From NCBI GenBank assembly GCA_946965045.2, contig OX337228.1, positions 4,340,001-4,404,000 on the forward strand: a DNA stretch of 64,000 nucleotides, given 5' to 3'. Positions 56,280 to 64,000 of this stretch are shown in pieces. This stretch comes from Epithemia pelagica (lineage: Eukaryota; Protista; Bacillariophyta). The translations under genes and the position numbers were made by a program. The notes beneath the pieces were generated by a model. That model ran no database searches and was not told the DNA's origin. It saw only the letters and a list, made by a program, of their open reading frames with translations. Position 1 is the first letter of the stretch, and every line of letters starts with the position of its first letter.

Positions 56280-56861
56280 TTAGCCTCTTCGGCTTTTAAA
56301 TGCTTCTTCAAGACTTGCTCCAAATTCCTGAACTTCCAAGAAGCGTCGGACCTCGGCCAAACTGCGCAGCTTGTACGTGAACTTATCCTTTCCGATGGAC
56401 GACGGTGGATACCAGTACCAATCGAGTTTTCCCTGGGTTGCTGCACTTCGTCTTTCAAATTGCAATTCCTTCCAACCTGCCGGCCACGGCCGCCCCAAGT
56501 CTTTGGTTGGAACTCCACGATACACGAGTCCGTCAGTACGAAACACCACGTGCTGTGGATCTACATGCTGTCGTTGCGATGGATTCGACTTCTGGCGTTT
56601 CGCGGGTTTCTTTTTCGATTGTTCGGCATAGTAGTCCTCATCTTCTTCCGTACCTGAGTTTTTGCTCTTCGTAGGTTGCTTTTTGGTCTTGACAGTTCTT
56701 TTCTTTTTCTTTATAACGGTTGCGTTCCCCTCCTTTGAACCCTCGTCCTCCGAGAACATTTCATTCTGGTAGTCGATGAGATCTATAGAATCGCCTAAGG
56801 AAGACACTGCGTCACGATCCCTCTTCCTCTGGTTACGAGATCGGTTGCAGTTTCTGGGCAT
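56280..56861 (-). CDS. Small basic protein with a C-terminal MBD/TAM-like domain
   Basis: WPAGWKELQFERRS..TQGKLDWYWYPP...KLRSLAEVRRFL matches the MBD pattern; K/R-rich NLS-like stretches. Confidence 0.72.
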   Translation of the reverse strand: MPRNCNRSRNQRKRDRDAVSSLGDSIDLIDYQNEMFSEDEGSKEGNATVIKKKKRTVKTKKQPTKSKNSGTEEDEDYYAEQSKKKPAKRQKSNPSQRQHVDPQHVVFRTDGLVYRGVPTKDLGRPWPAGWKELQFERRSAATQGKLDWYWYPPSSIGKDKFTYKLRSLAEVRRFLEVQEFGASLEEAFKSRRG

Positions 56862-57259
56862 GGCATTTTGTTGCTCGGGGCCATAGAGCATTAAAGGCCG
56901 TAGTCCAAGAAGTCGATGATGTTCTAATGTTTTACGGGCAGGCAGTTTCAGTCGGATACGCCCCGAATGTTGAGGGAAGCTCCTGCATCCCCTGCACTAC
57001 TTCTTCGGGCGTGCCTGTTGTGCTTGTGCTTGTGCTGGTCTTTGGGGCGCTGCTACGACTGATTCGTCTAGTGGAATGACATGAAGGCGCGTTGAATTAT
57101 TCATGTTGGGCATGGTGTGTCTAAAGGAGATAGGGATGATGGTGAATGGTGATGGTTCATGGTTCACACTTCGCACGGAATTAACAGCGACCCAAAAGCG
57201 ATCATCTGTTACCATGGCCCCTCTGCCGATGAGGATGAGAATGAGAATGAGATCGACAA

Positions 57260-58921
57260 ATGAATGTTTCAACGCGAGGGATCCATAGTCTGTGCAAGTT
57301 ATGGATAGTCATCCTGTTCCAATATGCAGTGAAACCATGCCAGCCATTCCATAAAGGCCTGGGTAGATCGTTGAATCCGAGAAAAATTTCCCATGTTGGA
57401 AGTTCACCTCGCATTAGTTCTCCCCTGATTGCCCTGGAAAACCATGGTAAACACGTAACTGTAACTCCCCAAAAGACGCCTCATTCAGGTCGACATTTTA
57501 GGCCTAGTCATCCTGCATACAGGCCATATTGGCCTCGCTGGATGGTCGGCCGAAAGCGATTCATGGAAGGCTGGTATTTCAGGCTAACATTACCAGAGGA
57601 AAAAGCTAGCTTTGCAATCATCATTTCAATCGAGGATGCTAGCAACACAAAATCCCCTCTACGACTCGCATGCATACAAATTGTGGGACCAGGAGACACA
57701 TATCTTGTGAAAGCAGACAAGGACGACACGAAGTTTTGGGCGTTGAAGAATGAGCAAGGACTAGGATGTACATTCTCGTATAACTCTCCCACCATCGAGG
57801 CGCAAATGAAAAGCAACAGGACCACTGTAACAAGTACAGAGGACTGGTTTCAGAGCGTAAGGAGTGGTTTTCAGATTATGCCTACTTCATTCTTGGGGAA
57901 GATTGAAGGATATGATGGTACAGCAAGTGGAGCTCTTGAGGGACAAGGAAGCCCTTCGTCTTGTGAATTTGATTTCACCGTAGAGCCAATCTGTGGTTGG
58001 GGAGACGCCAAAAGCACAGGAGGCTGGCTTTCTCACTTCTCAGGTAAGTGGTTTCTTCCCTTCGAACGTCGGTTTGTTAATACTGACATTAGGAGTACCT
58101 AACTTGATTTTATCGTGCCTAGTCTTTGAACCACATTGGCAGGTAACACTGGCCGATGGCAACGCTTCTGGACGATTTGTCTGGCAAAATAGAACATACA
58201 ACTTTTCCAATGCCAAGTTTTATGCTGAGAAAAACTGGGGTGCAGCGTTGCCCTCAAAGTGGTACTGGACACAGTGCAACAGTTTTGATGGCTTCCAGCA
58301 ACTTTCCGTCACAGCAGGCGGAGGTATTAGAGGTATTCCATTTGGTGGCAAGGAATCGTTGGGGATGGTCTGCGTGCACTACAACCACCAATTCTTTGAA
58401 GCTGTAGGTTCATCTCGACCAAACATTGAGAGCGGATCTTTGGGGTATCTCATATTCAACATAATTTCTTTTTGCAGGTACCCTGGACAGGCAGTATGCA
58501 GTGGAACGTAACGACATGGGGTTCGTGGGAAATGCGAGGCAAGTCGACCTACGGTAATCTTCCTTTTGAAGTTCTAGTGACCTTTCATGTTGACCCAACC
58601 GACGATGAGGGGTTGGTTTTCCGTGCTCCTACTCCTGATGAGGGAATGGTTTTCTTTTGTCGCGACACGTTTGAAGCAAATGTGACGCTGACCCTCTGGG
58701 AGCTCGAATGGAGTGAAGAGCAGAACGATTATGTCCGTAAGAAAGGCGCAGCACTCATTGATCGTGCAACAAGCAGTCAAGGAGGGGCGGAAGTAGGCGG
58801 TGGGCCATGGTGGTCTACTTGGACGGCCACATCGAAGTTGTCGAAGACAGTCCTTGCCTTGTTAAGGATCCCGGTGTGGATACAATCCAAAGCCCCAAGA
58901 TTAAATCGTAGAAGACATTAA
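57260..58921 (+). CDS. VTE1: Tocopherol cyclase; exons about 57260-58043, 58123-58403, 58478-58921
   Basis: TPHSGRHF, FMEGWYFRL, FEPHWQV, YAEKNWG..PSKWYWTQCN, SQGGAEVGGGPW; two in-frame introns. Start codon uncertain. Confidence 0.94.
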
Positions 58922-58975
58922 TTCGCGGAATATATGCAGAACTATTAATGGTACTAGGAATAAGAAACATCAGTC

Positions 58976-61038
58976 TCAGTCACTCTTGATCCGAGAGTAG
59001 ATGTACCTGACGAAGATCAAACTGAACTGAAAAGCCGCGCTACCAAGCATAAGGAAGAAGGCAAAGGAACTGATTGCCATGTAGCCGAAATAGAAAGATC
59101 CCTGAAGGAAGCCTTTCATTCCACTTCGGTGGAAGTAATAGTAGAAAGAATAGAGGTAAATGAAAAATCCTGTCATCCCGCCGTTGATGTAGGTGGCCCA
59201 CCACCATTGGTGATCTTCCCTTGCGAGCTGAAAGTACAACAAAGCAACAGTGATAAAGGACGTCACCACAACAAGGAGAAGGAATGCAATAAAGAGAATT
59301 CCAAATAATGTGTAGAGCTGGTGTCCCCACATTGAGGCAAAGATGTAATGAAGCTCAATGTAGATGGCCGAAAAGGGAAGAAATCCAGCAACGACGAACT
59401 GAAAGGACCGGCTTCTGTACCATGGCACTTCCGTGGGGATCTCGCGAGCCACCTTTGTTGTCCTAGTAGGAGCGTTGAAGTCGGCGTTGGCGTAATTCTT
59501 GGCAACGAGACCTCCCAAGACAGTCAAAGGGAAGGCCAAGAAAACGTAAAGTGCGAAAACAGTCAAAATGGCAGTGAACGGCAGGGCGCTGGTCGATCCA
59601 TGCGCCAACGCCACTGAGTTAACCCACATGAACACAACCACAACTGGGGCAGGGAAGAGTCCTGCAGTAAGAATGATGCAGTGTACCCAGTTTTTCCCGT
59701 TCATTTGTCTGTAAAGACGAACCGCAGTGTATCCTCCGACAAAAGCAGTCATACAATAGAGAACCACTGCACCTGCAAGAAGCGAGCCCCGACGATTCGT
59801 CGAAATGACCTTGGATACCGCCAAAGTAAGGTGAAACAAAGTCGTCACCAAAAGCTGGTTTCCAGTACCCACAGCAGCACAGAATAACATGGAGTTTTCC
59901 GGGAATCGGAATACGTCACCGTGAATGAGCTTCCAGCCCGACTCTTCTTCTTCCAAAGCATCATCGTCAAGCTCCATGTAACGAGAGAAGTCATTCTTGA
60001 GGATTCGCAGCAAAATGATGGTAAGGAATGCAGTTAGCAATAGTACGAGGACAAACGAGTTGATAATCGACAACCAATGAATCTCAAAGGAGTTGGGAAT
60101 TACGAAATTGGAGTCCGCGTATCGAGTCAGACGGTCCTTCCACAGAAGATCTGGTTCCTCATAAAATTCAACAGAATAAGAGAAGGTGACTGTCTTTGGA
60201 ACTTCGACGTTGGTTATATCTACCCGACGATCCATCTTGGAGGGAATACGAATGAAGGCGTTAGACACATGGGTGCTGGAGGTGCTCGACCACAAATCTA
60301 CCACTTACATCCGTTGTTACTTTGGCCGCAACAATTTGATCCACATTATATCCAAGATAAAAGTGCAGATGGGGGAAGAGGTATGTTTTGCTGCCTTCCA
60401 CCTCTCCGATGATAATATCTTCGTCCATCACATCTCCAATGTATCCCCACATGGGAAGATCCTCCACAAACATTTCGAAAAAATAATTGTTGTGGATGGC
60501 ATCCTTCAATTTGGTCAAATCGGCCTGTCCCAATTCCTTCTTACATAAAAGACGCCAATCCACGCTGTCCTGAAAGGTCACCTCGTAGGGTGCGGTTTCC
60601 CGTCGATCCCCAACCAATGACTCCCCCATATGCAACTTATGACGCACGGCTCCCTCGCGTTTGACGAAGTTGTGATCGTGCAGTAATTCCACATTTTCTT
60701 CTTTCGCAATTCTCTTTTCTTCTTCCACACTGGAATGGGTGTGACAAAAAGGCATGGAATAGTAGCGATAGGTCTCTGTCGGGTTATTGAAAGGTCTGCA
60801 ATCAAAGTATATCCAGGGAGTTAGGAATTATTGTTATGTCGACCAAGTTATGATACCTGGAGTCTGATGGTTCCTCACCCACGACATCGTAGAATACCTA
60901 CCCAACTTTGTTCACAACAATATGGACCGCGTCATGTTGCTTGTAGTGCTTTCCAGCTTGGACACGTTTGACGCGTAATCCATGGGATGACGAAAGCAAC
61001 AGTAAAAGCCCAGCTATCGAGCGATTGATAACTCCCAT
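58976..61038 (-). CDS. TM9SF1: Transmembrane 9 superfamily protein (TM9SF1-like); exons 61038-60902, 60795-60309, 60235-58976
   Basis: VNKVG|PFNNPTETYRYY, FEIHWLSIINS, EESGWKLIHGDVFR, nine TM helices, terminal IYSRIKSD. Confidence 0.93.
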
Positions 61039-61384
61039 GATTCTTCGCAATCAGCAACAAAACCGATTGATCTGACAAGACAACGACTCCCCGAAAGAGC
61101 AACGGAAGCAGTCAAAGCGCCGGATAGAGATGTGACAATGACCAGAACTGGCTTAATGGCTAACGATCTTCTGTGCTAAAAACCTCATAATACCCAAAAT
61201 CAAAATGTAAAATGGGTGCTGCACAACCCCTCTTTAATGTACACCCCCACCCCCACACCTTTGGTACGTCATAAGTTTGAAATTCAAAGGGTCGCATATT
61301 CGAGACAAACGTCAGACATGCGATGAGGCCTCACAGCCATCACAAAAACATGGAAGACACACAAAGAAAAGTTCTGTGGCGACC

Positions 61385-62974
61385 ATGAAGTTCCCTGTCA
61401 TCATTCTATTACCGCTGTTGTTTTGTGAAACGGCGAAGGCTTTTGTCCATAGCTGCGGTTCAGTACCACGATGTTTCCCTCATTCATCGTCGATCAGAGC
61501 ACCACAGCGAGTTGATGAGACCTCTCTTTGGGGGATCCTCGACGAGATTCAGTCGGACTCGTACGATCTCTCGTCATCGAGCCGTGATGGCGCCGATGCC
61601 AACTTGAACGATGCATATGAATCGTTTCTTGCCGAACTCGTTTTCTCCACAAATGATCCTCGCGTCGATATCATGAATAAATTTGATTTGGCTGGTGACC
61701 AGGAATTTATTGATTTTTTGGAAGCGAAAGGTGCTTCCTCAAAAGATCCCGAGGAACGAATCGCTTTGAAAGACCTTCATGCGATGATAATAGATATCAA
61801 AACGCGAATGGAAGTGAATAGGTTAGCGGAAGAAAGAATGGAGCAAGAAGCGGAAGCGGAAGAACAAGCTCGGATGGAGGCTCAGGAAGTGGATGCCGAC
61901 GCTGGTCGGTCCATGTCGAATGCCGAAGTTCTGAAAAAGGCTGAGATGATTTCCAAAGGTGAACTTGGCGAAGTCGCCAGTCAAGAAGACAAGAAATCTT
62001 TCTATGAACAGGAAATCACTCCCGAGATTCGTCTGAGCTATGAAAACATTTTGAAAAGTATCTTGCCTCCCTATCAACCCGGCGATACGGCCGAAAGTAT
62101 TGTGTTCAACAACTATGGTCAGTTCGACGCCCAGCTTGTCAAACTTTTGGACGAACGATCCAACAATGGTGATGAAGGTGCGAAAGATTTGCTCATGGCT
62201 CTGGCGGAAGAACAAAGGAAAAGAGTGGAAGAAGCTACAGTATCGCTGAAAGAAGTCTTGGCCCTTGGTGAACCGATGAAGATGGAAGGTGCCATCATAA
62301 AGCTTGCTCGCGAAGGAAAGATTGACGAGCCGTTGCTCCTTTTGCTTGAAGCAAATGAAGACCAAGCTAGAGCTGCCGGACAAGAAGGCCCCGCTAAACT
62401 TATCGGGCGATTGCGAAAGCGTGCGCTGGAGGAGAAGGATAAACAATCGGCGACAAAAGAAATCAGACTTATTCGCCAGCTCCTGCGAGCAGACGATTCG
62501 GCCGAACGCGAGAAGCTTCTCGAAGAGGCATTTACTCCAAAAGAAGCTCTTCTTGTGCCCGGAACTGCTGAGAACGCTATGAAGGCGATGGATGGAGAAG
62601 CTCCTGAACAGGAGAAACCCATGCCGGATGTTCCTCCACCTGATTTCATCACAGCGTGCAAAGCCGTTTTGCTGAATTTTGGCAACTTGGGTTATGAAGG
62701 CGATGACCGCGGGGATCTCGCTTCCCGAATCAAGAAAATAGCAGCAGAAGCCGAGGTTGTTGCTACAAGGATCTACGGTAAGGGAATGACTTTGAGAGAG
62801 CAACAAGATCGGGCCTGGAAGGAACAGACCACGTCTATTTTTGACCTTGAACGAATGGAGATTGAGGCTGAGCGGATGGGAGATGTGGCACCTTGGGCCA
62901 ACCCCGATGCCGATGACGACATGTTGATTCCGGGATTCGACCAAGATGGACGAATGAAAATTGGCGGAAGCTAG
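61385..62974 (+). CDS. Uncharacterised plastid-targeted helical/coiled-coil protein
   Basis: Signal peptide MKFPVIILLPLLFCETAKA-F plus transit-like segment; acidic helical body; no domain recognised. Confidence 0.8.
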   Translation: MKFPVIILLPLLFCETAKAFVHSCGSVPRCFPHSSSIRAPQRVDETSLWGILDEIQSDSYDLSSSSRDGADANLNDAYESFLAELVFSTNDPRVDIMNKFDLAGDQEFIDFLEAKGASSKDPEERIALKDLHAMIIDIKTRMEVNRLAEERMEQEAEAEEQARMEAQEVDADAGRSMSNAEVLKKAEMISKGELGEVASQEDKKSFYEQEITPEIRLSYENILKSILPPYQPGDTAESIVFNNYGQFDAQLVKLLDERSNNGDEGAKDLLMALAEEQRKRVEEATVSLKEVLALGEPMKMEGAIIKLAREGKIDEPLLLLLEANEDQARAAGQEGPAKLIGRLRKRALEEKDKQSATKEIRLIRQLLRADDSAEREKLLEEAFTPKEALLVPGTAENAMKAMDGEAPEQEKPMPDVPPPDFITACKAVLLNFGNLGYEGDDRGDLASRIKKIAAEAEVVATRIYGKGMTLREQQDRAWKEQTTSIFDLERMEIEAERMGDVAPWANPDADDDMLIPGFDQDGRMKIGGS

Positions 62975-63109
62975 GTAGCAGTTTTATTTCAATTATTTTC
63001 GATAAAAGCGCGCTATGTCTTATTACTTTTATTGTCTCATATTTGAGACAACTAATGGGTTAAAGTGGTCTTGACCAATCCATTTCTAAGACAGTACTGC
63101 TGTCGCAGT

Positions 63110-64000
63110 TCAGCTTTTCGCTGCTATTTGGCCGTCGGTGGACGCAGCAGGGTCTGTCTCCTTGCTGCCTTCAGCTTCTGGTTTTGTTTCCATAACTTGC
63201 TTCATCTCGTCTCTCCATTTCACGAGTTCTTCCTCTAGTTTCATCTGACCTTCAAGCACTTCTCGCATAACCGCTTTCCCATCTTCTTCCTTTCCGGACC
63301 GCTTCAGCGCGAAAGCCCTTGCTCTCTTTGATACTAAAATCAACCCCAATCCGTCAGGGGTGGCTCCTACCTCGCATTGCTCGTCTCCGAGCTTTTCGGC
63401 CTTTGCATACATTTCATCCGCTTTTTCAAAGTCTCCTTGCCGGCTGTAAGTGTTTCCAATGTTAACCAAGAAAGAGGACCGTTCCCAATCCAGGCGCGAC
63501 GATCTGGGTTCTTTGTCCAGGATCGGCAATGCCTTCTCATACTCAGCGCGAGCTTCTGAGTCCTTTCCCATCGCAGAAAGGGCGTTTCCACAATGCAAGT
63601 ACACTGATCGGAGGCAGATAGTGGACACACGAAGAGGCATATACTTCAGCAGGCCTTTGTTTAGAAGACCAGGGTACGTGGGGTCCTTCTCATGATTCTT
63701 AATAACCGGTTTCTCTTCCGCCTGTCCAGAAACATCTATCGATGAGAATTAAACGAGTCGGAAGAATTCTCTATCAGTGACTACTCACCTCGACAGCCAT
63801 CTGATCTACATCATAGAATTCGCTTGTAGCAATCTCAATCCCTTTCATCGCACAGCGATAAGCATCTTCAGCTCCTTTCTTTCCATGCAATGCAAGATAG
63901 CGCTTGCTTATCTCAGCTAGACTCAGACAAATGCACGCAGGCTCACGTAAGACAATGGAAAGCCGTAAAGCAAACTTCGCAGAACGCAGGCTTTCCAAAA
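63110..64000 (-). CDS. TPR-containing protein, 5'-partial, with an intron at about 63725-63788
   Basis: YLHCGNALS..ARAEYEKAL and LVNIGNTYSRQGDFEKADEMYAKA helical repeats; GTGAGT donor at about 63788. Confidence 0.7.

Overview
Eukaryotic nuclear DNA, almost certainly from a diatom. The evidence is signal peptide + ASAFAP-like plastid presequences, short GT-AG introns, CoDi-type Ty1/copia and Ambal-type LINE elements, and a DUF6824-like domain. Bases 1-10.7 kb are a nested retroelement island. A Ty1/copia LTR element (5' LTR about 5074-5864, an orphan ORF1, a repeat-rich spacer, and a gag-PR-IN frame open to the window edge) has inserted, in the same orientation, into the 3' end of a 5'-truncated non-LTR element encoding APE-RT-RNase H-Zn finger. 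Bases 10.9-64 kb are compact and gene-dense, with about 24 genes: DUF202 membrane protein, plastid ClpS, ABC1K kinase, NPRL2, FabG, RPA2, sulfotransferase-like protein, ArfGAP with Q/M/N repeats, GT-B-like protein, Asd, RING-H2 E3, HPPD, membrane-anchored LacZ, DUF6824/pseudo-STAND protein, ABCF, an orphan, PWI/SRRM1, a TPR protein, OLA1, an MBD-like protein, VTE1, TM9SF, a plastid orphan and a partial TPR gene. The best leads are the DUF6824 + tandem degenerate STAND/NB-ARC-like protein with a pseudogenised copy of its own C-terminus next to it; the copia element's orphan ORF1, non-canonical PBS and regulatory repeat arrays; the TM-anchored beta-galactosidase; and an uncharacterised beta-module inside the ArfGAP. 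All calls come from manual motif recognition and hand translation; no database searches were run.
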